Source of the DNA: Chiloscyllium plagiosum
Taxonomy: Eukaryota
DNA length: 64,000 bases
Direction of reading: 5' to 3'
Assembly: GCF_004010195.1 (NCBI RefSeq)
Contig: NC_057710.1
Coordinates: 122,357,950 to 122,421,949 of the forward strand
The position numbers were made by a program, and so were the translations under genes. This document shows, piece after piece, positions 50,062 to 63,724 of the stretch. Below the pieces are notes generated by a model. That model saw only the letters and a list, made by a program, of their open reading frames with translations. It was not told where the DNA came from and made no database searches. Within the stretch, counting starts at the first letter, position 1. The number at the start of each line of letters is the position of its first letter.

Positions 50062-53000
50062 AAGGTACAAAAATTGACCTACTCTTAGGAAATAAGGCAG
50101 GGCAAGTGACTGAGGTGTCAGTGGGGGAGCACTTTGCGGCCAGTGACTATAATTCTGTTAGTTTTAAAATAGTGATGGAAAAGGATGAGCTGCATCTAAA
50201 TGTTGAAGTTCTAAATTAGTGGAAGGCTAATTTTGATGGTATCAGGCAAAAACTTTCAAAAGCTGATTGGGGGCAGATATTCGCAGGTAGAGCAATTGCT
50301 AGAAAATTAGAAGCCTTCAAAAATGAGATAATGGAATATTGCATGCAATTCTAGTCTCCCTCATATCAGAAGGACCGTTGTGAAACTTGAAAGGGTTCAG
50401 AAAAGATTTACAAGGATGTTGCCAGGTTTGGAAGGTTTGAGCTATAGGGAGAGGCTGAATAGGCTGGGGCTGTTTTCCCTGGAGTGTTGGAGGCTGAGGG
50501 GTGACCTTATAGAGGTTTATAAAATCAAAAGGGGCATGAATAGGGTAAATCGAAATGGTCTTTTCCCTGGGGTAGGGGAATCCAGAACTAGAGGTGTACA
50601 TTTAGGATGAGAGTTGAAAAATTTAAAAGGAACTAAGGGGCAACTTTTTCACAGAGGGTGGTATGTGTATGGAATGAGCTGCCAGAGGAAGTGGTGGAGG
50701 CTGGTACAATTACAACATTTAACAGGCATCTGGATGGGTATATGAATAAGAAGGGTTTAGAGGGATATGGACCAAGTGCTGGCAAATGTGACTAGGTTAA
50801 GTTAGGATATCTGGATGAGTTGGACCGAAGGATCTATTTTTGTGCTGTACATTTCTATGACTCTAAATCTAAATCTGAATTTGATTGATAACCATGAAAC
50901 ACTTGCCACTTATTGGAAAACCCACCAGCTTCACTAATGTCCTTTACAGAAGGTCACTGCTATCCTTACATGGTCTAGCCCACATGTGATTCCACACTCA
51001 CAGCACTTTCTGTTAACTGTTCTCTGGGCAATTATGGATAAGCAATAAATGCTGGCCTAGCCAGCTCGGCCTATGTCAAGTGAATGAATAAAAAGAAAAT
51101 TTCCAGGCCCTTGTCCCTGGACTGGTAGCTCCTGTAATCCTGATATTATGAAGATTGACATATTGTATTAATAAGTGCTATTGTCATTGTTAACACTAAT
51201 CATACACTCAGTTGAGTAGTGGCAGGCCTGGCCCAATATCACAGACCCTAGGAGTGTAACTCTGCCCACCAAGAACTGCCAACCTTTGTGCATTGTTCAG
51301 CGTTGCTATTGGGATGCAGTAACTACTGGTGCTACATACTCCCACAGAGCCTAGAGCACAGATCGACCCAGGGTGGAGAGGAGGTGAGGGAAGGACAGCA
51401 GCTGGTGGGGTGCAGGTTTCAGAATGGTGAGCATGTGTGTTGTATGTTGAAAGAAGTCACCAATTGGGAGTTTGGGTGAACCACAGCGGGCCCTTCTCTT
51501 TCCCGATGACGTTCGGACAATAACTGCCTTTGCCCCTGCCTCCATAATATCTACAAGAAACCTTGACAGTTTTGGCTTTCCCGTATGGCAAGATGCAGCC
51601 ATCAAATGGCCTAAAACAGCCATTTAACAAACTCAATTGGTGACCTGATGGGAAGGCTGACACTCCTTTCTCAACGCATCAAATAAACTCTTACTGTGGG
51701 AAACAAAGCGGTTTGAAGAACTTCCATGAGGTGTATCCTCAACATTCAGAGAGTTGGTGGAAACACTGCCTTCAATGGCTGTGCTCTAGGGAATCTGGCA
51801 GCCTTAGGAGTGGATGGGTGAGGTGATAAAGGATTTCCAGTCGCAGTGCAAGATGTTCCCCTATGCTCAGAGCTGCTGGAGTTTCGATCACTGGTAAATG
51901 GGAAGGGAAGCTCCTTACATCCTTGGAAAGACATGTGAGGAACTTGTGAGTGTGTCAGTCAACACCTCCCCTGGCCTTTCAGTACAACATGATGCTGCCC
52001 AAATACCCTGAAGCAAATCTAGGAAAGTGTCAAGGGGTTTCAGTAACCTCTCATTGGGCCATCACACAATGAAATCTTAGCTCCAGCAATGGTTTGCAGA
52101 GTGACACTGACACCAATGTGTTCCCCTCAGCCTGCCTCTCCATGGCTGGAGACAAAAAAAACCTGCAGATGCTGCAATCCAAAGTAGACAGACAGGAGGC
52201 TGGAAGAACATAGGCCACATTAGGAGGTGGAGAAGGGTTGCACATTTACCTCCTGCTGCTGCCTGGCTTGCTGTGTTCTTCTAGCCTCCTGCCTGTCTAC
52301 CTTGTATCTCTACGACAGCTGTTGTGCCTACTCTATCTGACAGACACCTAACTGAGACATGGTCGAGCTGTGGAAGCCCTGTGTACACCTGCTCAAACTC
52401 TCAGGCAGCTCTGCCAGTCCCGTCTTGGTTTGCCTCTACAATTCCAACAGCAGAGACCGTTCCAGCCGGGTCACAGCTGGGGGGAGCCATCATCCAAGTG
52501 CCCACTGGCCTCAGCCCTCACTTGTATCTTCCTGATTATGTGGCACTGACCAGATGATGACCTAGGCCTGGTCCACAATGGACATCCCACTGAGGGGTAA
52601 GTACCTGCACTGAGTGCTGGGTATACAGGAAGTGTGTGACTCCATCCCCTCAGTGGTCACCTTCTAAGCAGCTCTCAGGTGGAGCACATGGGGCCTAGTC
52701 CTGCGTCTCCGTCAGTCACCCCTATAAATGACTGATGAGCTTAGAGTGCTGGGCTCCACTACCTTTCACAGGAACAATAGGCTGCCCCAGTCACCAGGAA
52801 TGCCAATAAATCCAACTGCTCCTCACTCTCCACACTCACTAATCCAAATTCAGGCCCAGCTAGCAAGTGAGCATGCTGCTAATTTCTGAGGTTTGCGCAC
52901 AACCCATGTCAACAGATGGATCTCTGACATTCCAAACCTCCTGTGGTGTAGTGAGGTCTTTTCTCCCACAAGCATAAGGGGAAAAAGATGAGATTTCCAA

Positions 53001-53254
53001 TAGTGCTAAGGAGCAACCCTCACTGCTCGATTGCCCTCTGATTCCTCATATTTTTCAGTTGTCCTTCACTGCTCATGCTCTCAGGAAATCTGCACAAGGC
53101 CAGAGGAAGATGCAGGCTTGGATGATGCAATTACTGAGTATATGTGATGACAGAAGCTTATGAGAAGGGAAGCAGTTTACACTTCAATGTCCATCCTGGC
53201 CCTTAACCATTCAGAGCCCAAACTTCTTCCACTCACATTTTGTCCTTTTAAAAA

Positions 53255-56100
53255 TTCATTCATGGGATGTGAGCATCACTAGCTGGGGCCCATTCCAAGG
53301 GGGAGTTTCAAGATGTCGACTCTTATTATATTGCCCAATCAGGATGGTGAGTGGCTTGGAGAGGAACTTGGTGTTCCCATGTATCTGCTTGGTCCTTCTA
53401 GATGAGTGTGGTTGTGGGATTGGAAGGTGATCTCTAAGGAACTTTGGCGAATTTCTGCAGTGTATCTTGTAGATAGTGCACACTGTTGCCACTGAATAGT
53501 ATTGGTGGAGGGAATGAGTATTTGTGCATGCAGTGCTGATCAAGCAAGTTGCTTTATACTGGACAGCGTCAACCTTCTTCAGTGTGTTGGAACTGCACAT
53601 ATCCAGGCAAGTGTGGGGGTATTCCATCACACTCCAGATTTGTGCCTTGTAGATGATGGACAGGCTCTGGGGAGTCAGGAGGTGAATTACTCACTGCAGG
53701 ATTCCCAGGCTCTGACTTGTTTTGCTGGCCATTGTATTGAGGTGGCTAGTCCAGTTCAGTTTCTGGTCAATGGCACCCCCAGGATATTGATAGTGGGAGA
53801 TTCATTGATGGAAATCCAGTGGATTCCCCTGCTTTACTTAATCACATATGTCAAAGGCTGTCTTATCCCCACTTCTGGAATTCAGATCTTCTGAGCATAT
53901 TTGAACCAAGGCTGTATTGAGGCCAGGAGCTGAGGGGCCCTGACAGAACCCAACTGGGGATCACTCAGCAGGTTATTATTCCCTAGGTGCTGCTTGATAG
54001 CACTGTTAATGATACCTTCCATCGACTTACTGATGATTGAGAGTTGACTGATGGGGCAATAATTGACCATTTGGATTTGATCTGCTTTTTGTGTACAGGA
54101 CATACTTGGGCAATTTTCCATTATTAAGTCAAGTGCAGCTGTACTGAAAGTGTTTGGCTAGGGGAGTAGCACATCCAGGACCACAAGTCTTCAGTACTAT
54201 TGCCAGATTGTTGTCCAGGCCCACACTCTGTGCAGCATCAAGTGTCTCTAACATTTCTCGATATCACATGGAGTGAATCAAATTGACTAAAGACTGCTTT
54301 CTGTGATGCTGGGACAGAGGCCGAGATGAATCATTCAGTTGGCACTTTTGGCTGAAGATTGTTGCGAATACTTCAGCCTTATTTTTACAGCTTTGTAAGA
54401 TTTTTGTTAGGCCCAGTATTACCTTCAGTTCTGGTCGCCACATTCCAGGAAGGATGTGGAGGCATTGGAGAGAATGCAGAAGAGGTTTACTAGGATGCTG
54501 CCAGGATTATCTGGTATGAGCTACAAGGAGAGGCTAGGAAAACTTGGGTTGTTTTCCCTGGAACAACAGAAGCTGAGGGGAGACCTCATAGAAGTTTATA
54601 ACATTGAGGTGCTTAGATAGGGTTGATGGTCAGAAACTTTTTCCCAGAGTTGAAATGCCGAATACTAGGGGGCATTTAGGGTGAGAGGGGGAAAATTCAA
54701 AGGCGATGTGAGGGGCAGTTTTTTTACACAGACAGGGGTAGGATTGTGGAATGTGCTTCCGGGGTAATGGTGGAGGTAGATACGATAGCGGCATTTAAGA
54801 GACTTTCAGATAAGCACACGAATAAGCAAGGAATGGAGGGATATGGACCAAGGGCAGGCAGATGGAATTATTTAATTTGGCATCATGTTTGGGACAGCAT
54901 CATGGGCAGAAGGGCCTATTCTGTGCTGTACTGTTCTATGTTCTATGATGTGCTTGGCTCCTCCATCATTGATGATGGAGATAAACACTTGCTGCTTATT
55001 CTGCTTGCTATACAAGTCGTCTTGTATGGTAGCTTCACCATATTTCAGGTATGCCTGCTGCTGCTCCTGGCATGTCCTCCCGCACTCTCAACTAAACCAG
55101 GATTGATCCCCTGGTTTGATTGTAATGGTTCAGTGGGGAATATGCCAGACCATGATGTTACAGATTGTGCTGGAATATAATTCTGCTGCTGTTGATGGCT
55201 CACAGCATTTCATGGACACCCTGCCTTGGTTTACTAGATCTGTTTCAAGTTTGTCCCATTTAGTATGGTGATAGTGCCACATAACATGATGTAAGATATT
55301 CTTATCGTGAAAATGGGATTTTGCCTCCATAAGGACTGTAGGGTGGTCACTCTTACCGATACTGTCATGGACAGAATCATCTGCATCTGGTCAAGTAGGT
55401 TCTTCTCTCGTCTTTGAGTTCTCTCACTCCCTGCCACAGACCCAGACTAGCAGCTATGTCCTTTAGGACCCAACCAGCTCAATCAACAGTGTTGAGTGCG
55501 GTGGTGCCACTCAATGATGGAGGACATTGAAATCCTAACCCTCCACCCCCACCCCAGAGTATGTTCTCATCCTTACTGCCCTCAGTGCTTCACGCAAGTG
55601 ACATTCAACATGGAAGAGCACTGTTCATCAGCTGAGGAGGGGACTGTCACATGGCAATCAGCAGCGGGTTTCCTTACCCATGTTTGACCTGATGCCATGA
55701 CTTCATGGGATCTGGAGTCAATGTTGAGAACTCCCAGGGTAACTCCCCCCTAATAATATACCACTGTGCCACCACCTCTGCTGGGTCTGTCCTGCTGGAG
55801 GGACAGGACTTATCCAGGCTTAGTGATATGGGACATTGCAAGGTGTGATTCCGTGTGTACAATGACATCAGGCTGCTCCTTGTCTGTGAGACAGCTCTTG
55901 TAATTTCAGCATGAGCCCCCATAGTAAGTAAGGGGGACTTTGCAAGGTCAATAGGGCTGTTTTTACCATTGCCATTTCTTGCGTCTAGATCGACGGCGGG
56001 TGGGCTTTCATTCCTTTGTTTGTCCCTTTCTGGTGGTTTGCGGTTGACTAGGCCATTACAGAAAGCAGCTGAGAGTCAGTCACATGGCTATGCGCCTGTC
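53255..56100 (-). mobile_element. Degraded LINE (endonuclease + RT) of a second family, interrupted by a CR1 3' end
   Basis: NYCPISQLSIISKSMEGIINSAIKQHL..NNLLSD.Q.G; SVMEY; tail catcccatgaatgaattttta. Confidence 0.75.
54388..54947 (+). mobile_element. CR1 LINE 3' end
   Basis: FWSPH..KDVEALERMQKRFTRMLPGL; (ctatgtt)n tail. Confidence 0.85.
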
Positions 56101-57212
56101 GGTTAAGGATTGCTCACATTGCTTAGTAACACAGAACCTGCTTTTCACTGGAATTAAGCAAAGTTAAGTCACACTCAAACACTGGTACAGAATGTGTTAG
56201 TTTCAGCAATTTGTTAGGTTATCTGGTGATCAATTAGTGTATAAACACAGATTTATTAATAGTGGTGCCCGGCTAATCTTAAAGGCATAGGACAAGTACT
56301 GAAGTAGACACAATTCCCATCAGACATGCACTGACTGTAAATTCTTTATAAAGATGAAAGTTTACACCTTCAGGGCCTATATCTGAAACAGTGAAACACC
56401 TAACTGTTTGGTCACTAGACTCCTTCCCAGGATTCATCAGGATTCTCTTGTTCTGAATTTGGCCAACACCTGAACTGCTGCAATCAAAATGAGTTCCATC
56501 TCCAGCCGAGCTGCAGCTCCTTAAAACATTCACTACAGGCCTCCCCCAAACAGGTAACTAGAAAATACATCTGTCCAAATCTGAAGCCACAAGGAGTTGG
56601 AGATTTTCTCCCAATTCCAGATTCATTCCCATGTCCATTTTAAATTCCTGTTCAGCCACCTCCAAGTTACTTCTTCCAAAGCTACCTACTGGTCCCTTTC
56701 AGTGATACAGGAGCACTCAATTAACACTGGTGTCTTCAGCAAACTGCCTCAGGATGAGCAGCAAGAATTCCTATAAATCCTTCAAGACAAAATCTATTAA
56801 AAAAGAGAAGTGAGATTGTGGTATTAAGATCCAATTTAGAGCCTGCAGTGACTGATCAGCCAAATGTGTAGATTACCTACACTGCTATAATTTGCATCCC
56901 TGCCTCTTGGACCATGCATCTCAGATTTGGTGTAAAGAACATATCACTCTCAGGCATTATGAATGAAGACTTGTGTTGTATCAAGGGAGGAAGGTACCTA
57001 TAAAAAGGATCATCTGCCAGAAATGAACCTAGAAATACATTTGTTAGATCATTCTACTCCGAAGCAAAGTTGGGAAAACCAGTGCTAGAGAAAATAACTT
57101 CTCTTCAGGAATCGCTGCATTAACTACATTGCCAGGTACTAACGTTAGCAACTGGTGTATCCATGATGCTGGAATGCGGTGTTAAAAACAAATGGCAGTG
57201 ACACAGCAATAA

Positions 57213-57750
57213 GTGTGGTCGCACCTGGTGTATTGCGTACAGTTCTGGTCACTACATTATCGAAAGGATGTGGAAGTTATGGAAAGGGTTCAGAGGAGAT
57301 TTACTAGAATGTTACCTGGTATGGAGGGAAGGTCTTATGAGGAATGGCTGAGGAACTTGAGACTGTTTTCGTTAGAGAGAAGAAGGTTGAGAGGTGACTT
57401 AATTGAGGCATATAAGATAATCAGAGGGTTAGATAGGGTGAACAGTGAGAGCCTTTTTCCACGGATGGTGATGGATAGCATGAGGGGACATAGCTTTAAG
57501 TTGAGGGGTGATAGATGTAGGACAGATGTCAGAGGCAGTTTCTTTACTCAGGGAGTAGTAGAGGTGTGGAACACATTACCTGCAACAGTAGTAGACTCGC
57601 CAACTTTAAGGGCATTTCAATGGTCTTTGGATAGGCTTATGGATGAAAATGGAATAGTGTAGGATAGATAGGCTTCAGATTAGTTCCACAGGTCGGCGCA
57701 ACATTGAGGGCCGAAGGGCCTGTATTGCGCTGTAATGTTCTATGTTCTAA
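57213..57750 (+). mobile_element. CR1 LINE 3' end with open 149-aa RT C-terminal frame
   Basis: HLVYCVQFWSLHYRKDVEVMERVQRRFTRMLPG...RRLRGDLIEAYKIIRG; ctatgtt tail. Confidence 0.9.
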
Positions 57751-58144
57751 ATCAATACGCTTAAAAAAGGTTTCATTTGTTATTTCTTTTTATAAAATAT
57801 GTACACTTTTTTGGTCATGAACAAGTAAAATGGCACATGAAGCATCGCCACACTAGTCAATATTTTAACTCTATATATCCCATTGTCCATTCCATAACCT
57901 CTAAAATTCATCCAGTTTCTTTTGCCCCCAACAAGAAAGGGGAGTCACAAAAAAAATTACAAAACAGGCCAACTGTACCACAATGCTAAAAAATAGCTGT
58001 TAAGTGCAAGTTAAAAAGCTTTGATAAAAAGCTAGATTGCAACATAATAATATTAACTGTAGCAGTTTAAATACAAGGCTATCGTTAAAAGATTTCTTTC
58101 TTGGTTTGACATACATTTTTTTGATAGGTGCCACAGATTTAGTT

Positions 58145-58150
58145 TTTATT
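58145..58150 (-). terminator. Candidate polyadenylation signal of ARHGAP24
   Basis: AATAAA on - about 220 nt after the stop; AT-rich UTR-like sequence continues to about 57760, so a more distal site is possible. Confidence 0.35.
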
Positions 58151-58372
58151 TAAGCTATATACACAACCAGCTCTAACACTGAACAGTAGCATAATTACAT
58201 GGAGCTTATAGGTTATAATAACATGGTAAGTATACAATTAAAATACTGGCAAGTACAGTTGAAACATATTTCTTTCCTTCAAGGTTTTGAATTTTCATGA
58301 GTGCTAACACTAGTCAGGTGACCAGTCACCTGACTTTCCCCCTTGCTATCCATTGTCTTAATCTTTCAGTCT

Positions 58373-58616
58373 TTACTGTATCCAAATGGTGTTACTTCTA
58401 TCCGGTCTTCGTGTCTCCACAGTAAGGTCACCAAACGTCGAGAAAAATTGCTCCATTTCCTTTTGCAACATCTCATTGCGTTTCTCAGCATCCTCCCGGG
58501 CACGCTCTGTGTTCCTCATCTTTATTTCCACCATGGTGTACTTCTTCCTTTCCTGGTCCAGCTCATCGTGAAGTGTCATCACTTCTGACTCCAGCTCAAT
58601 GTTTCTTTGCTCCAAA
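58373..58616 (-). CDS. ARHGAP24: ARHGAP24 (FilGAP) last coding exon, C-terminal coiled coil
   Basis: Minus strand ttcttcttctactttgcag|T TTG GAG CAA... = (S)[80 protein letters not shown]; the NTIWIQ end and adjacency to MAPK10 favour ARHGAP24 over ARHGAP22/25. Confidence 0.94.
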
Positions 58617-59108
58617 CTGCAAAGTAGAAGAAGAAATGAACAAAACTGACGGGGAAATGATCAAAGATTTGTGTTAGTTCTGAACGATATAACTATCAGT
58701 TTGCATGTTGATCTCACTCCCTTTGCAAAGACCAAAGTTTATAAATGCTACCTAAACATGAAACGTCTGTTGAGACGAAAATGACATTCACAATAGGGTG
58801 ATTGGTTAATGGTAGTGGGCTAAGATGGGGAGTTGGATTGAAACAGGAGTAGGCCATTCAGCCAGTTGAGCCTGTACTGTCATTCAGTGAGATAATCGCT
58901 GGCCTGTGGCATAACTCCATATCCCTTAATATCTTTGCTTAACAAAGAAAAAAAATCTGAATTTATTTGTTAGGAAGTAAACCTGATGTTGTCAATTGAC
59001 TATCTGTTGTGTAAACAAACTTATTTTCTGTCAGAATTTAGTTCAACAAAAATGAATATTTAATTGGTTTTGTAATGTATTGATACATAGAAGAACTGTG
59101 GGGTGGAG

Positions 59109-59192
59109 TGTGTGTGAGAGAGAGAGAGACAAGAGTGTGAGAGATAGATAGATAGATGGGTAGATGGAGCGAGAGAGAGAGAGAGAGAGAGA
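59109..59192. repeat. Compound (TG)/(GA)/(GATA) microsatellite
   Basis: Directly visible. Confidence 0.9.
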
Positions 59193-59780
59193 GGTTGGTG
59201 GAGATAATTCTATACAGAATTTCTCAAACACAAGCTGGAGTCATTGTCAGGTACATCCTGAGTATGCATTCAGAGTAGATCCTGACGTTAATCATAACTC
59301 AATTGTCATTGGGTTACAGAATTTGCCACTTACTGTAAATTTCTGTCCCAGTTACTTTCTGTTCCTTTCTTTTTACTGCTTTTAAGAATGACACCAGAAT
59401 TGTGAGAGACATTCTATGCTTTACATTGAAATTCAGTTTGAAGGATTATTGGCTCTTAACAAATATGTTTGCATGGGGTTATGGTGATTTCATTTGAGGC
59501 TTCACAGCTGGATAGGAATATTAAAGCTCATAATAATATCCAAAAGGCAGTGAGAGCTGGTTTGGATAATGATGCAGAATTTGCTCTGTTCTTCTCTCAA
59601 GTGTCAGTCTTTGATGATTTAAAAGTCTTAAGATTCTTATTCTGTGATGTCATTGAGGTGCAAGATGAAGATTTAGCAAGGCATTGAGACAATCCCCAAA
59701 ATGGAGATTTAGTGAAACAGTAACCCCATAGTCCATGCTGTCTAACCTGATAAGGAAAAGGTCAATTGCAAATGTTTAAC

Positions 59781-60176
59781 TGGGTGGCACGGTAGCTCAG
59801 TGGTTAGCAGTGCTGCTTCACAGTGCTAGGGAACCAGGTTCAATTCCAGCCTCAGGTGACTGTGTGGAGTTTGCACATTGTCCACATTCTGCGTAGGTTT
59901 CCTTGGGGTGCTATGGTTTCCTCCCACAGTTCAAAGATGGTAAAGGTAATCTTTTACAGATTTGCTCAAACACAAGCTGGGGTCACTGCCAGATACATCT
60001 TGTGAGTAAGCATTCAGAATTGATCAGGTGGGTTGCCCATATATCCCAAAGATGTGCAGGTTAGTTGGATTAGCCATGGTAAATGTAGGGTTACAGGGAT
60101 AGAGTGGGATGCTCTGCAGAGGGTCAATGTGGATGATGGGCCAAATTGTCTACTTTCACACTATAGGATTCTATGA
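59781..60176 (+). mobile_element. HE1-type V-SINE with an internal insertion (59940-60046)
   Basis: Head and core to 59939, resumes at caaagatgtgcagg 60047. Confidence 0.8.
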
Positions 60177-60969
60177 CTGGAAAGGGAAGACAAGGAGCTT
60201 GTGGTTTGACTAAAATGGCGTCACAGATCCAAATTTGGAGTACTGCCACTTGGCATCCATTATATTGGTTGTGGGGGAGAAGGGGAGGAGAGGGAATGGA
60301 GAATGGGGATGAGGGTTTGCACTTCAAATGTGCACATTTCACTGAGGCAGCTGCACATATACAACTGCAGCTTCCCTCCAGACTAGGCCAAATTTCATAA
60401 AGAGAGAGTGGGAAGTCTAAATCTTGTACAGTTACTTATTGCAGAGGAATAGTCCCAGAAAACGTTTGGGAGAGGTCAGATGGTCCTTTGGGATTATTAA
60501 TAATAGACTTTAATATGAATTTAAAAGTGGATAAACTCATTGGAACTGTCAAGCTGTCAGAGTATTTAAATCTTCAAAAGAAAACTGCAATGCTATAAGT
60601 AAGTGCTTGCTATTTGACTTAATAACTTAAGTCATTACAGGATTAGTGTTGCATAACTTGTTTCACAATCTATCATTATTACAGTGGGATGTGTGTCAGT
60701 TCATAGTTTGATTGACAGCTCCTCGGGCTAATAAAATCTCTGAAATATGGGATAAAAGAGAATTAAATGTAATGAATTCAATATTTTTGTAAAATAATGA
60801 ATTCATCAATAAACATTAAATAACATTATCTATGGCATGCTCCTGAGTTCTTCCAATGGTGGATACTTGATGATTTGACATGGAGAGCTTAAGGGTAGGG
60901 TGCTAGATGGGGGCATACGTTGGCAACAAATTGCCATGGAGATTGGTTGAGGGCTACACATTTGCATGG

Positions 60970-61230
60970 AGTCCATACCGACCCTCCAAAGAGCATCCCA
61001 CCCAGACTCACCCCTCCTTACCCTGCACTTCCCACGGCTAACCCACCAGCCTGCATATCCCTGGTCACTATGTGCTATTTAACATAGCCAATCTACCTAA
61101 TCTGCACATCTTTGGACTGTCGGACAAAACCCTTGCAGACATGGGGAGAATGTACAAACTCTACACAGACAGTTGCAGAGGCTGGAATTGAACATGGGTC
61201 CCTGGCACTGTGAGGCAGCAGTGCCACCCA
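60970..61230 (-). mobile_element. HE1-type V-SINE, degraded
   Basis: Core and head on -. Confidence 0.8.
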
Positions 61231-63724
61231 ACCAAAGTTTCTCCAACCAAATCTTGCACAATAAAACTTTTCATCCCTGGACCCACCCTGGTACATCATT
61301 TCTGCATTGTCTCAGCAACAACTGTCAGTGACACATTCTAAAGATCCATTGAATAAATGATTGAAATATCACTTTGGGATAGAAATTGTTTGCTGCCATT
61401 TTTTGTGTAAGAGATTGTGACTTATGTATTGGTCACAATCTATTGTCATGGTGTTTGGCTCTGCCTCCTCATTTACCTTAGGGTAGCACTGGGTTAAGCA
61501 GGGCCCATGCTGCTGCCTACCAGACTATTTAGCAGGGACTGAACAATGTGCATTAGTAGCATTGGTCTACAGCACAGAAAAAGCCCTTTGGCCCATCAAG
61601 TTTGTACCAATCAAAAACAACAACGACCTAACTATTCTAATCTTATTTTCCAGCACTTGATCTACAGCCTTGTATGCCTTGGCATTACAAGTATACATCT
61701 GAACCCTCACAACATCTGCAAACTGTTACGTTATGCATGTGCTACAGCCAGCTCTACTTCAAAAGTTACAATGAATCAGCAAAAGGCATCACTGAACACT
61801 TTTGGTGGAAGAGAGCAGTGCCAGCAGGCTGGGAGAGCACTGTCAGATTCATGGATGTGGTGCTAGATGCCTTTGCCATGTTGGTGAGATGCTGGCTTAC
61901 TTTTCCGGCCAGCCCATCAGCCTTCGGATACTGACAAGCAGCATGGTGACTCCAGCTCCAACTTGGCAGGAGGGATGGCCCAAAGCTGGCACACTCTCTG
62001 CAGCAGCAACTCCATTTCCCTGTGGCACCGCAGATCAAAGACATCGTCACTCTTAACCCCCCATCCCTGGCTTTTGCAGCGTTGATAGGGAAGGTCACCA
62101 AATCCCCCACTCTTCCTGTGAGGAAGCAGCAACACTCTCTGTCCAGTCTCAGCACTCACCACAAACTACTGCAACAGTCCATGCTCACTGGCACAGCCTA
62201 CAATGTCAGAAATTACTATAAGTTACTTTCCCTGTATGTTTGGTGTTGGGCACTTTAACTGATATTCGCACAGGACCCTGTTTGAAACTGAACACGTTCT
62301 TTTTGGTGAGTGACAAGCAGATCTGTTGAATGGATGTAACTTTACAAATAAAGAGTTAAATCAGCTGGGAGGGCAGGGTTGCCACGGCAGCACCATTCCA
62401 TGGCTTCTAGCGCAGACTGAACTCCAGTGGGAGGACTCCTCTCACCACAGAGTACCGCATGGGTCACTCTGGAAGTGAGATGCACAGTACATCCGCGTCA
62501 GAGTCTTTGGCTTATAGAGTGCCACCTCTGAATTTCACAAACACTGTTTTTCTCCCCTCTCCAATTTGTTTTGGAATCAGATTCTGGCCTTGAGTAAGCC
62601 AGAAATTGTGTCTGGACTGGGTCATTACTCGAGAGATTCCAGCTTCTTGTCTTTGACACGGGGATGGGGTGGAGGCTTTTTGGGGATGGTGGTGGTTGGA
62701 GGTGGAGGCTGCGGGTCTAGGAGACAGAACTTCCTCTGATGGCCACATGATTGCACATTCTCCCTTCCCTGTCTCCCAGGAAGCAAACTGCTACATTATC
62801 CTTGTTACCTGCTAAAGCAAAGCAAAGTTAATAGCATGGTTAACATTGTCCTCCTAAGGGTTTGCTAAGCCAAGTTAGAGTAATAGAGGGGCAGAACCCT
62901 AATGGGATCTTATGTCCTATTGAAGGTTATTGATGACGAAGCAGAAAATAATAATCTTTTGTGAAGGAGGAAATGTGATTTCATATGGAACTGCCCATCA
63001 TTGAATATGTAATTCATGTCACATTCAAAATACAATCATGTATTTACAGGAGCTACGGCAGTTTCCAGCTGCTGCATCAGAAGTCACTATATGCATGAAA
63101 CAAATAAACTACAAAAGGTTTTGTTGGTTATGTTCACCTACTACCATCCTTAGAAATCATAGTTGTTAATTTGTCTTCACAAAAAAAAAAGAACATAACA
63201 CTGGAGAGCTACTCAGAGCTATTTCAGATGCTGCATGATGCAAGTTAACAGTCTCAAGAACATATGACTTTCTGCTTGTGCAAAATGTAAATTCACATTC
63301 CTCTGTAAACAGCAATGCTACAATTATTGAATTCCCCATGGTGATTCTGGAACAGATGATAATTTTAAGTGAGGGACATCTGGATTTCTTAATTTTCCCA
63401 GCAGCTACCCTCTGGCACCAGCGCAGCTGGAATATGGTACAGAGAATGTTTGCTACAAGACCAAAGATTCCAGTTCATTGTTTGTCTGCTACAATTGAAA
63501 ATAGCATCAAAATGAGTGCATCATGTGTAAAGGGGTTTGAACTGAGGCATCTGTGAAGGCTATTTACTGAAAAGTTTTGGTTTTAAGAGCTCCAGTATTG
63601 TAGTACCTGGTTGTTTAACTCGCAAAGGGAAATTTCTAGGCATGTGGAAATAGTTAGAAAACTAATAAAGAAAGTAATAAATTAATATGGTTTTCGTAAT
63701 GCAGAGCCCTTTAGTTCAAATGGC

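Larger units (their letters stand above)
47380..50866 (+). mobile_element. CR1 LINE with 5' UTR, ORF1 (Cys finger, coiled coil, SGNH esterase), ORF2 APE endonuclease, internal deletion and 3' end
   Basis: CSSC...CRKC, SIVIRDFLVRGTDR, VCCLPGARIKDI, VIVYIGT, DGLHLN (ORF1); NAK...KADEL...TETWL...PGYKCYRKDR (APE); jumps at about 50330 to LERVQKRFTRMLPGL; many stops. Confidence 0.85.
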
